DNA of 20,000 bases from Vicugna vicugna (Eukaryota): positions 740,567-760,566 of the forward strand of contig MU057597.1 of assembly GCA_013265495.1 (NCBI GenBank), given 5' to 3'. Each line of letters starts with the position of its first letter. Within the stretch, counting starts at the first letter, position 1. Shown here piece by piece: positions 1 to 10,573 of this stretch. The notes beneath the pieces are model-generated. The model was not told where the DNA came from and made no database searches. It was given only the letters and a program-made list of their open reading frames with translations. Both the position numbers and the translations under genes were made by a program.

Positions 1-732
1 CCGTCTGCACAACGGTGGCTGTGCTGCTGCTGGTGCTCATCGCCGGGGTCACTGTCACCATCTGGAGGCAGCCCCAGAGCCCCACTCCTCTTCCCTTCAA
101 GGTGGGTGACCTTAAGTACCGAAACTATCCACCTTCAGTGAAGGGAGTCTGCATGCTTTGCAATCTAAACATTTGTTGCTGGACCAGGGAAGGAGGGGAG
201 TTGCCATAACCAGTGGCCCTTCCCTGGTCCACTCTCAGCGCTTTACACACCCAACCTGGGGAGGCGCTGGCTGCACAGTGTGAACAGGCCTGGCATCTCC
301 CCTCCCCCCGCGTGGGGGCGGGGCCTGCCTTCGGGAGGTCTGCTGTGCCCTCAGGGTAGCTGCCTTCGCCCGCAGGTGCCTGCTCTGCCTGTCCTCCCAC
401 TGCTGAGCATCTTCGTGAATGTCCACTTGATGATGCAGATGACCACTCGGACCTGGGCCCAGTTTGGCATCTGGAATGCCATTGGTAAGTGAGTTTCTGG
501 GGAAGAGAGGCCTCTGGAGTGACTGGACCCAACCTTCTTCCCACTACCTCTCCCCAGAGCTGTAAGATGTCATAATAGGCGGCCTATTGGGCATCTGTAA
601 GTGGGGAGACTGCCTACTTTTCCTTCTCATTGTCTCGTTGCCCTACTAGGATTTGTCGTATACTTTGGATATGGGATCCGACACAGCTTGGCGGGGAACA
701 CTGATCCACAGCCTCCGGCCTCCGACTCCTAA
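1..732 (+). CDS. SLC7A3-like: 3' part (last three coding exons) of the upstream SLC7A3-like copy
   Basis: Exons <1-101 (..[13 protein letters not shown]|gtgggt), 376-484 ([36 protein letters not shown]|gtaagt) and 650-732 ([27 protein letters not shown]). Identical to the downstream copy except at 717 (synonymous) and 721 (Ser vs Ala). Confidence 0.92.
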
Positions 733-904
733 TCTCTTGACAAATCATCCCTAGTGATGAATCTTCTTAAGCACAGGAGGCGGATGCTGTGTGGAACCCT
801 CCGTGCACAGGAGGCACCTGCTAGGTCGTGGACACTTTGAGCCTCTGCGGAGAGTGAAGATGGGATGCATTTAGAGCCCGATAGTCACCGCCAGTAGGGG
901 CAAT

Positions 905-1090
905 GACTTTAATCTTTATAATTTTAAGTAAACTATAAAAAGCATAATATATGCACTTAAAAGTGCAGCCTTCATAAATGTCCAGCAAGATGAATTTTCA
1001 AAAAGAAAGTACAGCAATGTAACCTGTAACCAGAGGAAGAAATAAAATATTGACCTTCACATAAGAAGCGCCTCCTTGTGCCTCTTTCCA
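905..1090 (-). mobile_element. Old L1 (L1MC/L1ME-like) 3' end fragment; duplicate at about 15397-15582
   Basis: aaagtgca..gatgaattttca..atgtaacc..ccaga..aagaaataaaatatt..agaagc..ccttgtgcctctttccag resembles an antisense L1M 3' terminus. Confidence 0.6.
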
Positions 1091-1159
1091 GCAAAACAAA
1101 AAACAAACACAAAACAAAACAAAACCCAGAGTTTGCACGTGGGAAGAAAACACAGGTAA

Positions 1160-1352
1160 CTATATATGGTGGGAAGAGTTACACTTTAAATATAAGAACA
1201 CAAATAGGTTGGAAGTAAAAGCGAGGGAAGAGAAACTTTGTGTAAACAAAACCCGAGAAAGCTAAGGTAGCTATAGTAATAAGAGGGAGATAAGCCTTTA
1301 AGACAAAGACAGTAAGAACAGAGAAAGTGGATCGTTTTATAATGATAAAAGA
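1160..1352 (+). mobile_element. Decayed L1 ORF2 endonuclease-region fragment; duplicate at about 15652-15844
   Basis: cactttaaatataagaacacaaataggttggaagtaaaag..agaaagct..ggtagctata..ataatgataaaag matches L1 EN (HFKYKDTNRLKVKG..KAGVAI..IMIKG). Confidence 0.7.
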
Positions 1353-2256
1353 AAATGATCTATTTTATCTCTTCCCCTAGCTTTATTAAGATAAATTGTA
1401 ACATTGTATAAATGATCATTTTTCTTTACTTTTATGTTGCAGAATCATAGTTACACAATGGAGTTGATGAGGGTAAGTTTTTTTCTTTTTCTTTTTGTAT
1501 GCTTTGCCGATTACAGGGAAAATTTTTTTTTAAATTTTTATTGTAGAGGGAAAGATCTTAGTTGAAAAAAACTACCTGCATTACCAGAAGCTGAGGGAAG
1601 AGGTGAGAAGTAAGAGTTGGCTGATAAATGGTTATAGTGGGTGAAAGTAAAAGATAGACAATTAAACCGGAAAGAGAAGATAAAAAGGTGTTGCTGCAGA
1701 ACAGAATGCTTGAAATGAAGATTATGGACAGTGCAGACAGTGGTAATAATGAAGTAGAGGACTGTCTGTGGGAATGAACAACTGAAGTAGAGAGAAGGAG
1801 GGATGGAGGTCAAGAAACTGAGCAGCGAATTTATTACATGAATTAAAACATAAATGGAGGAGGATTAACAGAATTAGGAAAATCCCTCTCTTGCAGTTCT
1901 AATGAAATCACAGGCTTAAGAAATAACTAACGGAGAATAAAACTGTCAGGTGAAACTCTGATGGAAAGGGTTGATTATCATTCTAGCTTGCTGCTGTAGG
2001 ACCACCAGATTATCGCAACGTGCTGTAGTAGGCAGTGGAGAACCTTACCCATAAAACAGCCTTGGTGAAAAAATGAACCACAATGTAATCAAGCCTCTAG
2101 ATCAACCACGAGCTCACAGCAGACCCAAGGGATAGGTTCACGTTTCCACTGAAAACACAATCAGCCAGAATCAGAAGGGGGGCAAGTTTCCAGGAAAGAA
2201 AAATGGTGCACTTTCTGTAACAATGAAACACTGTGACCCATTCTGGAGAGTTAATA

Positions 2257-2569
2257 GAGGCACATCTTGGAGAAATTGATGATTTGGTTCCCGACGGCCA
2301 CAATCAGGAGAATTTTGTGATAAAAGGAGTCACACAAGTATCTGGTTTCCAAGTGCATGTATAAAATTATGTTCATTCTAGACTGTAGTCTCTTCAGTGT
2401 GCAATAGCATTCAATTTAGTAAAACAGTGCACATACCTTGTTTTAAAATAATGTATTGGTAAAAGATCCTAAGTATCATCTGACAACTCAGGGTTGCCAC
2501 ACCTTCATTTTGTAAAAAAAGAAAAAAAAATGCAGTGTCTGCAAAGCCCAATACAGTGACGTATGGCTG
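2257..2569 (-). mobile_element. Internally deleted Tigger1-type DNA transposon (MITE-like, both ends present)
   Basis: Begins TA|gaggcacatcttggagaaattg and ends gtatggctg|TA, i.e. degenerate CAGGCATACCT inverted ends with TA flanks. The interior (gagtcacac, ctgtagtct..gtgtgcaatagcatt, cagggttgccac) matches Tigger1 ends. Confidence 0.8.
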
Positions 2570-2721
2570 TACATGTGTGTGTATCTTTACATATGAAAAT
2601 ACATATGTATAACTAATATGCATAAAATATGCATCTATATAAAGTATATGTATTACAATATATATTTAAGGTTCATTGTTTATTTGAAATTCACTATGTA
2701 TACATGTGTGTGGTTTCTTTT

Positions 2722-2829
2722 ACTTTTTTTATTGAGTTATAGTCATTTTACAATGTTGTGTCAAATTCCAGTGTAGAGCACAATTTTTCAGCTATACATG
2801 AACATACATATATTCATTGTCACATTTTT
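2722..2829 (-). mobile_element. Young camelid-type L1 3' terminus; duplicate at about 17214-17321
   Basis: Poly-T followed by attgagttatagtcattttacaatgttgtgtcaaattccagtgtagagcacaatttttcag..catacatatattcattgtcaca. Confidence 0.7.
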
Positions 2830-2854
2830 GTATTTTTTTTACTAAATCTTTGAC

Positions 2855-3063
2855 TCCTTCCTGTGTCTGTATGCTCTCTGCATTCTAATCTCCTCTTCTT
2901 ATAAGGACATTAGCTGTTTGTGGTAGGGCCCACCCTCATGAACTCATTTAAGCGTAATTACCTCTTTAAACCAATTACCAATTAAGTCACATTCTGAGGT
3001 CCTGGGGGTTAGGGTTGCAATTTATGGATTTGAGAGCAGGGAGATACATTCAGCCCGTTAGCA
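2855..3063 (-). mobile_element. MLT1 (ERVL-MaLR) LTR fragment; duplicate at about 17347-17555
   Basis: ctaatctcctcttcttataaggaca..tagggcccaccctcatga..gtcacattctgaggtcctgggggttaggg..attcagccc is a typical MLT1 LTR segment. Confidence 0.8.
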
Positions 3064-3661
3064 GTCTTGACCACCATTTGCTTCCCAGCAGCTAAACTGT
3101 GTCTGGAATACAGTAAATGCTCAATTCTACTCCAGGAGAGATATAATGAAAGACTCACATGTACGTGTCAAGTTTTACATGACTCGAGATGGAGAGCTTT
3201 TCATTTACCTGAAATTATCAAAGGGAGAACACGGTATTTGTTTGGGGAAAAAATTTGTTAAACTACTTGGAATTGAAAATGAGACAAAGGAAAGAAATAG
3301 GGGAGGAAAGACAGATAAAACAAGAAAAACAGGATGAAGAGAGACAACGGGAAAGACAGAAATAGAGCGAATCAGGGACCAGAAAGAGATGACAAGCAAG
3401 CCAGTTTTGAACACTGAGGGGTGCTTTGAGATTGTTGGTAAGAATGGAGCTCTGCTGGTCCCCAGATGTCACCGTTATTTCAGATACTAGGTCACACCCC
3501 ACATGGAAAGGTGAGGAGTCCTTTTCCCTCCCCAATTCTTCTTACCCAATAAGGTCTCAAGAAATAGAAGGGCCAGGCCTCAGGGACCCAGAAAACCCAA
3601 CCCACTTTGAAAGTTCTAATTATTCTTAAGGGACTGATTAACTCAACATCCCTTATTTGCT

Positions 3662-3764
3662 GTTTTTTTGTTTGTTTTTAAAGAGGGAGGAAATAAGCTT
3701 TATTCATTTTATTTATTTTTAGAGGAGGTTCTGGGGATTGAACCACTGAGATATACCCTCACCC
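3662..3764 (-). mobile_element. Camelid tRNA-derived SINE (Vic-1-like) with internal deletion; duplicate at about 18154-18256
   Basis: ttttatttatttttagaggaggttctggggattgaacc/actgagatataccctc: reversed B-box and A-box segments are joined directly, with a T-rich tail. Confidence 0.65.
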
Positions 3765-4365
3765 TTCAACTTCCCTTAAACTTTGCTCAGGGGAACTTGT
3801 TTATGGGTAAAGCTTTTGTAAAAATTTCTTTTTCTTTTCTTGCTTACTTTTCCCCATGAGTGGAAAATGAGCAGACTGGACGCAGTTCATTTTCTGTCCT
3901 TCCTCTTCCTCTTCAGCACAGCAGCACAGGTCGACCCCAACGGACTCGTGCAGCTGAGGACTATTCATTCCTCGGTGTCCCCAAGGTTTAGCCCTGCAAT
4001 AATCACCACAATGAGGGTCATTTATTAAACTTCTGCTGTAATGGGTTATGTCACTTTTTTTTTTTTACTGTCATGATCCACCTACCTTTCCTGACAAGGT
4101 CTCAATCATCACTTGGGTGAATTTTCTCTGGCCAACAAGTGAGAGACTCTTGGTTGCCTCTGCCCTTCCCTTTTTCTTCCAGGACTTTCCATTTTAGCAA
4201 AGGCTGGAGGGAGGAACAGCACCAAGGAAAGAGAAGGTGAAGGGAAGAGCAAAAAGTGGATGAATATCTAAACAATGCAGGCAAGAATCTCACAATTTTC
4301 TTTTCAGTCTTGTGAACAAGTGGGAGGAGCTATCTACACCAAAGGATTTTAATGGCAAAGGCAGC

Positions 4366-4890
4366 TGGACTCCAAGAGATGCTTGTATGCCAGTGTGCAG
4401 AGCAGCATTACTCACAGCGGTCAAAAGTGGAAGCAATTCAAATGTGCATCAAGTAATGAACAGATGAACAGAAGCTGTTGTGTAATAGTGTGTGTGTGTG
4501 TGTGTGTGTGTGTATAATATTAAGTCTTAAAAAGGAAGGAAATTCTGACACAGGCTACCACATGGATGAACCTGAAGGACATTATGCTCAGTGAGATAAG
4601 CCAGTCACAAAAGGGCCAACACTGTAGGATTCCGCTTATGGAAAGTACTGAGAGTGATCAGATTCACAGAGCCAGGAGGTAGGGTGGTGGCTGCTAAGAA
4701 CTGGGGGGTGGGAGTTACTGTTCACTGGGTTTGGAGTGGGAGTTTTGCAAGATGAAAAGAGTTCTAGGCATGGACGGTGGTGATAGTTGCACAGTAACGT
4801 AAATGCAATTCCTGCTGCTGAACTGTGTGCCTGAAGTCGCTAAGATGGTACATTTTATGTGTATATTTTACACAATAAAAATGAAACAAA
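4366..4890 (+). mobile_element. L1MB-like ORF2 end and 3' UTR; duplicate at about 18858-19380
   Basis: agcagcattactcaca..aggaaggaaattctgacac..acatggatgaacctgaaggacattatgctcagtgagataagccagtcacaaaa..tatattttacacaataaaaa. Confidence 0.85.
4489..4512 (+). repeat. (TG)12 microsatellite; (TG)11 in copy B at 18981-19002
   Basis: Direct count. Confidence 0.95.
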
Positions 4891-4904
4891 ATGAAAATGA
4901 AGAC

Positions 4905-5004
4905 TAGAGAAGGAACAAATGTTACGTACATGTATGACTGCAACATGATGCTGTACATCAGAAATCGGCACATTGTCAACTGACTGTACCTCAACTAAAA
5001 AAAA
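4905..5004 (+). mobile_element. Camelid-type L1 3' terminus; duplicate at about 19395-19494
   Basis: atgtatgactg..atgctgtacatcagaaat..cacattgtcaactgactgtacctcaactaaaaaaaa. Confidence 0.65.
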
Positions 5005-5489
5005 TTAAATAACTCTGAAATTTAAAAACTGAAAATTGAAAATTAAAACAAGAAGAAAAAGGCAGTTGCAGATCTGCGTGCAGAGCAGAAGACCCTAGAT
5101 ACTCAGATGCCCAGCTGCACTGAGAGGTAACATGCAATGATGGAAAGTCCTGGTGAAACAGGGGGCTGGGGGGAGAATCAGGAATAAATGAATGTGAGCA
5201 GAATACACTCCAAGGTTTTCCTTCACAAACTGTCTCAGAGTGAGTGGTTTACACTCAACAGGTGAAACTTGCACGTCATCACAGTTCTTCTACATCTTTG
5301 GTCCGTTGCCCTGAGCTGGCAATAGTTATCAGCGCCTTGGGGACAGAATTCTGAGTCTTTACTATGACCCAGTACAGCTTCAGTCACGTGGGAAAACTCA
5401 ACAAATACTGGTTAGGTGATTGAATCTATACACAAGACTTCTATAAAGGAAGCTGGGGAAGACTGCATCCTGGACTTGCTTAAAAATGA

Positions 5490-5612
5490 TAAAATTCTGT
5501 TTCTCATTTACAGCTGTGAGATCTGAAGCTTAGACACAGACTAAATGGGTTGCCCAGCAGAGAAAGGGATGATCCAAGCACTGAAACCCCAGGACCAGAG
5601 CCCTTAGCTCTA
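5490..5612 (-). mobile_element. MIR-like fragment
   Basis: ctcatttacagctgtgagatctgaagcttaga..ttgcccag..tgaaacccca resembles the MIR core. Confidence 0.4.
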
Positions 5613-5847
5613 AATGTCTGACCCTCCCCTTCATTCCTTTTTATCTTCTGCTCCCTCCCCCAGTGCCCAACAGCCAAGAAATCCCCTGAAGGATTATTGG
5701 CTTGGATGAAGAGCTTGGATTTATTTTTCCCTCAAGATTCCTTCTAGTGGTTGAAATTAAAAATTGCATGTGAAAGACTTAAGTCTGTGCACCAAGCTAA
5801 AGACAGTTTTTGCTTGCTTCATCACAGATTGAATGCTGCCTCTGGTC

Positions 5848-5959
5848 TAGGGTTGCCAGATGAAATGCCAGATGGCAAGATAAATTTGGATTTCTGCTGG
5901 ACAATGAATATACTTTATTTAATTATTTAGTATAAGTATGTCACATGTAAGTTGGGACA
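5848..5959. mobile_element. MER33-like hAT-Charlie fragment
   Basis: tagggttgccagat..aaatttggatttc..acaatgaata..ttagtataagtatgtc..ttgggaca. Confidence 0.65.
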
Positions 5960-5984
5960 AAATTGCATCATGGGACTTGGTTAG

Positions 5985-6195
5985 GTAAAGTGCCTTTCTT
6001 ATCATCATATTAGGGGCACATACCATCAACATGATTTATCACTTGACACTGATCTTGGTTATCTGGTTGAGGTACAGTGTTTGTCAGGTTTCTCCACTAT
6101 TAAGTTATTTTTTGGGTCCCCTTTACATACCGTACTCTTTGGAAGGAAGTCCCTAGTGTACCCCTCACTCAAAGAGTAAGAAGTTATGTTCCACA
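5985..6195 (-). mobile_element. Old L1 (L1MC/MD-like) 3' region fragment
   Basis: catcatattagggg..atcaacatgatttatcact..gtttgtcaggtttctccact..tactctttggaaggaagtc. Confidence 0.6.
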
Positions 6196-7415
6196 TGGAA
6201 GAGGAAGAAATTTTCCTCTACCCTTCTGAGTTCTTCTGGCTGGTCTAAGAATTAAATTCACAGACAGATTAACAGGAGAAACTCAAACAGTGTGATAACA
6301 CGTATACACGGGAGAGATCCAGGAAAACTGGGTAACTTGTCAAATGGCCCAAACCCTTGCCTTAAATAACATCTTCAGCTAAAGAGAAGGAAAAAGAGTT
6401 TAGGGGAGGGCAGTGGTTTGGGACTTCAAAGTGGGGGAAGGCAATTCACCACACTTAGCTGCTGCCCTCTGCAGACATGTCTGGTGTTAGCTTTATTCTG
6501 GGAGTGAGTCCTTTATTTAAGTTCTTTAGGGAAAGGTAAAAAGAAGGACTTCCTGCGTGTTCTGTTTCTTAAACATAATCAGCCTAAATTAATCCTCTTG
6601 CCAAAGAGACACATTTTGGGGCACCTGATGTAGTTGGCTCCCCTGCAGTCCCTCCTCTGAAACTTCTTCAAGAAGCTTCGCACTCCAGGAGCTGAGTTGG
6701 TAGACTGTTTCATTGTACTGAGCCAGTGTCTTGGTGCTGACGATGGATCAGTCCAGTTAAATTCATTTCAGAAGGTGGTGAAGCACGCGGGGTCTCAAAC
6801 TTAGGCCTGTAAGGTGCAAAGAATTAGGTATTTAATAGAAGACATTTCTATGGAGACAAAAGAAAAACAAAGGTCTATATAAAATTATAGCCCAGTGTCT
6901 GAGTCCCGAGAGCTGCATGTTGAGATGATTTCTAGAAGTAAGGCACAAAGCATCTTTAGATGGAGTGAGGGCAGACAGTGATAATGGACAGATTCAAACC
7001 AGATTTTCCTGGCTTGAATGTCTCTGGTGAAGTCATCGGGTGTTCAGGTCAGCTTTCTGACTGGCTCACATAGAAACAGGCTTGAAGATTGTCTAAACGA
7101 CAGCTATGATGGTGACCTCTTTTAAGTTTATATCAAGTTGATTCACTTCTCTTTGCAGGACTTTAGGAAAAGGGCAGCCTTAGTTTCTCAATGATTCCAA
7201 GTCAAAAATAGGGGAAAAACTGGAAATGTTAGTTTGGAGACTATAGCCAAATAACTGAGGAAACTGAAACAATTCAGGACCCAGCCCAGTGTATGGGTGG
7301 AAAACAAAATCTCAAAAACAATGAGCAGAACTAGAATCTAACATCCACAGGTATTATAGTTTCTATTGAAACACAAATTTTTCCTCTGTCTACAATCACT
7401 CTCACTTCTACCAAA
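6196..7415 (-). mobile_element. ERV1-class remnant: 3' LTR (MER41-like, 6196-6647), polypurine tract and truncated internal sequence
   Basis: LTR bounded by TG (6196) and CA (6647), containing ctaagaattaaatt..cagattaacaggagaaa and gccaaagagacacattttgggg. The adjacent gtccctcctctg reads cagaggagggac on the minus strand, a PPT directly before the LTR TG. The far end of the internal part is approximate. Confidence 0.7.
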
Positions 7416-7429
7416 GGTGGACACATTGA

Positions 7430-7700
7430 GGCAAATACTGTAGGATTCCACTTAAATGAAGTAGCTAGAGTGATCAGATTCGTAGAGACAGAAAGTAGAA
7501 TGATGATTGCCTGGAAATGTGGAGGAGACAGGGGAATTGTTGTTGAATGCGTACAGACACGAAGCTTTGCAAGATGAAGTAGGTTCTGGGGTTCGGTTGC
7601 ACAAAATGTGTGTGTTGAACATGACTGAACTGAATACTTAAAGATGGTTAAAATGGTAAATTTTATTTTATGTGTATTTTACCATGATTGAAAACAAAAA
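7430..7700 (+). mobile_element. L1MB-like 3' end
   Basis: caaatactgtaggattccactta..agagacagaaagtagaatg..atggttaaaatggtaaattttat..tgtgtattttacca. Confidence 0.85.
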
Positions 7701-8119
7701 CCACCTTAGAACCATCCTCTGAGCACACACCAAGTGTCACAAGTTGATAGCACGGCTGAAGCTCCCCACCCATCCAACCCCATCTCCACCCCGACAACCC
7801 AGGGGTGAAGGGCTGTCTTGTGCGCAGAGGGACTCCCCACTTCTGTTTTTAGAGATGCTTCAGTTCCAGCCCTACACGGCTTAGACTCAGCCTCACCGAC
7901 TTGGATCCAATGCTCCAGGATCTACTCCAAGAGTCCAGCAAGTCTTGGGTAAACCCTCTTCTGTAGGAGACCAGGCACTGAGTTCAGATACTCCCGAAGA
8001 GGCCTCTGCAAACGGAGACTGTGGTCGGGTCAGCCTGGCTCCCGCCTGAGGGTGGCAAGACCCATTTTCCAGATGAAAGCAGGAGGAGCTGGGAGCTGTG
8101 TGCCTTTATGTGTGTGTGA

Positions 8120-8350
8120 CAGGAAGTGGGATGGGGCGGAGAGATCGGATCGGTGTCTGGAACCTCTAAGAATGATTTTCTGACTGGTCTCAAGCAGCAG
8201 CAGAGATTACCCTTACAGAGGGTTTATGATATGTGGACCACTGACTTCAGTCTCGTCTGGACCGTCAGCCCTCTGTATTTGCTGGTGCTCCATCTGGGAC
8301 TTGAGCATGCATGGATTTTGCTATCTACTGGGCAAGACTGCATGGTGAGT
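8120..8350 (+). promoter_or_regulatory. Candidate promoter and upstream exon of the SLC7A3-like gene
   Basis: ETS-like CAGGAAGTG (8120-8128), GC box GGGGCGG (8133-8139) and consensus donor ATG|GTGAGT (8344/8345) in a non-repeat island. Coding exon 1 has a splice acceptor, so an upstream exon is expected. Motif evidence only. Confidence 0.35.
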
Positions 8351-8426
8351 TAAAGTACATCAGCTTGGGGTTTGTTACACCCAGCGGCTCTGTGATGCTG
8401 GCTCTGTTGTTTATCATTGGAAACAG

Positions 8427-9066
8427 TTTCTTAAAACGGTGGGAAAATACACATAACATAAAATTTGCTGTCTTGACTGTTTTTACGTGTACATTTAGTA
8501 ATGTGAAGTATATTTACATTGTTGAGCAAAAAATTTCCAGAACATTTTTCATCTTGTAAATCTGTATTGTGTTCCATTTAACAATAACCCCCCATTTCTC
8601 CTTCACCCCAGTCCCTGACAAATCACTGTTCTAATTTCCATCTCTATGAGTTTGCCTACTCCAGATATTTCATAGAAGTGGAATCACACAATATTTGTCT
8701 TCTTGTGACTGGCTTATGTCACTTGGCATAATGTCCTCAAAGTTCCTCCATGTTGTAGCATGGCTCAGAGTTCCCTGACTTTTTAAGACTGAATAATATT
8801 CGACTGTGTGTATAGACCACATTGTGTTTATCCATCCCTTCCTGGATGGACATTTGGGGTCCTTGCAACTTTCAGCTATTGTGAATAATTCTGCTTTGAA
8901 TATGGATGTACAAATATGTCTTTGAGACGCTATGTTCAGTCCTTTGGGGTGCACACCCACACGTGGAATTGCTGGATCACATGGTAATTCTATTTTTAAT
9001 GTTTGGAGGAACCACCACACATTACTGACTGCAGCTGCACCATTTTACATTCCTACCAACAGTGAC
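8427..9066 (-). mobile_element. L1MA/MB-like ORF2 C-terminus and 3' UTR
   Basis: ORF 8670-9020(-) WWFLQTLKIELPCDPAIP..ICTSIFKAELFTIA..WINTMWSIHTVEYYS..SQSQEDKYCVIPL is the L1 ORF2 C-terminus. Confidence 0.92.
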
Positions 9067-9079
9067 ACGAGGGATCGGC

Positions 9080-9212
9080 AGCAGCATTTGTACAAGAGGA
9101 GCACAGAGAGAGGTGCGGAGGGATAAATGACTTGCTCAGAGGCACAGGGGTGGTGCTGGAGCCAAGACTCTAGTCCAAGTTTCCTGGCTCTTTGAATGCT
9201 TGCTCTTAACCA
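9080..9212 (-). mobile_element. MIR fragment
   Basis: agagagg..taaatgacttgctcagaggcacag..ggagccaagact..tgctcttaacca. Confidence 0.55.
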
Positions 9213-9756
9213 AAATGCTAAGCTAGGAATTTGGAATATTATGGGCAGGAGGCCCCTGATGATAACTTGTGCTGCCTGGGTCAACCTCGCCCTGCAGAGC
9301 TGGCATTCCGTTCGCTCCGAAGGATAGGAGACAGTGGTCCTGTCACTTCTGATTCACAGTGAAGGTTAGTCCTCCCTCCAGGCAACTGGGAGACCACTCT
9401 GGTTTGATGCTTTCACTGAACTGGGTCAGAGTCTGTCCCTCCCTACAAATCTATCTCATTCTGCCCCAACTTAAAGTTGGGCCAATTCCATTTCATTCTG
9501 CAAGCAATGAAGCAGAATGCTATTAGTTTCAGCATCCTTGGTGAAGAAAGGTGTGGAGTCTGAGCTCTCTGATCAACAAGCCCCTTACAGAGTCACTTCA
9601 CACACATCAGTGAAGGGAGGGGATAATGGTGATGATAGTAATTACCCCTATTTAGAGAGGAAAGGAGGACAAAGCGTGGTATAAACTTGTGAAAAACCAG
9701 ACAGGCTGATACACAGCAGAGCTGGATTTGAACCAGCAGAGCTGGGTGATTTCAGT

Positions 9757-10252
9757 TCATGCCACATGACAGAGTCATTCCACTCCTGAGTATTTATCCA
9801 GAAAAAATGAAAGTGCTAATTGGAAAAGATCCACGCATCCCAGTATTCACAGGAGCGTTATTTACAATAGCCAAGACACAGAAGCAACCTAATTGTCCAT
9901 CAACAGATGAATGGATAAAGAAGATGTACATACATTCAGCCACAAAGAAGAATAAAAATTCTGCATTTTGCAACATGGATGGACTTGGAGGTTATTATGC
10001 TAAGTGAAATAAGTCAGACAGAGGATGACAAATAGTGTATGAACTCACTTACATGTGAAATCCAAAAAATAAAATGTACTAGTGACTATAACAGAAAAGA
10101 AACAGACTCATAGATACAGAGAACAAACCAGTGGGTTACCTGTAGGGAGAGGGACGGGGGGCAGGGCAAGATAGAGGAGTGTGGGGTTAAGAGGCACAAA
10201 CCACTATCTATGCAGTCAGTCAGCTACAAGGGCACATTGCACAACACGTGGA
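9757..10252 (+). mobile_element. L1 ORF2 C-terminus and partial 3' UTR (L1MA/artiodactyl type)
   Basis: ORF 9759-10007 PHDRVIPLLSIYPEKMK..VFTGALFTIAKTQKQPNCPSTDEWIKKM, then catggatggacttggag..ttatgctaagtgaaataagtcagacagag..acagactcatagatacagagaacaaac. Confidence 0.92.
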
Positions 10253-10258
10253 GCAGAG

Positions 10259-10502
10259 CAGCAGACTGTAGCCTCCTGGACCACGTCTGGGATGCTGCGC
10301 CAGTAGGTTCGTCAATTTGGTCTGAATCCAGACCACAGGGGAGAGTCTGTGAGTCACATGACTCCTCTGAACACCCTAGACCAGTGGCCTTGGGTGTGGT
10401 CAGCATCCGGGTGTGTGCACCCTGGCTGGTGGAGAGGCCATGTACGTAGCTGGACTGGCAATTGTCATCTGCTTCTTGGTGGCCTCCCAGTCTTCTGTGT
10501 TG
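10259..10502 (+). pseudogene. Degenerate partial duplicate of SLC7A3-like coding exon 1
   Basis: Aligns by eye to about 10541-10813: cagcaga..agcctcct, ATG CTG CGC CAG TAG GTT CGT CAA TTT GGT (vs [10 protein letters not shown]), gtggccttgggtgtgg, ctggctgg, agctggac, tcatctgcttcttggtggcc, gtcttctgtgttg. It has a stop at codon 5 and several deletions. Confidence 0.88.
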
Positions 10503-10573
10503 CGAATGGATATTTTTTGTGACTTTCTGTCTTGTTTTCTCAGCAGATCTGAGCCTCCTCAACTCTGTCCAGA

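Larger units (their letters stand above)
1..5510 (+). repeat. Tandem segmental duplication, copy A (direct repeat of 14493-20000)
   Basis: Offset 14492 up to the TG microsatellite and 14490 after it. By eye I find 10 substitutions and one 2-bp microsatellite indel. The ORF track also repeats at this offset. Confidence 0.98.

Noticed and set aside
125..544. 139-aa minus-strand ORF (and its twin at 14617-15036)
   Set aside because: Antisense to an exon and GC-rich intron; its conservation is explained by the recent duplication.
1093..1125. A-rich (CAAAA)n tract as a retrocopy tail
   Set aside because: The gene retains all its introns, so it is not a processed copy; this is simple low-complexity sequence.
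2188..2196. Perfect STAT/GAS motif TTCCAGGAA
   Set aside because: A single 9-mer with no supporting context, expected by chance.
1538..4293. Many 60-90 aa ORFs identical in both units
   Set aside because: Low-complexity or repeat-derived; identity reflects the duplication, not coding constraint.
8670..10007. ORFs 8670-9020(-) and 9759-10007(+) as host genes
   Set aside because: Both are decayed L1 ORF2 C-termini.
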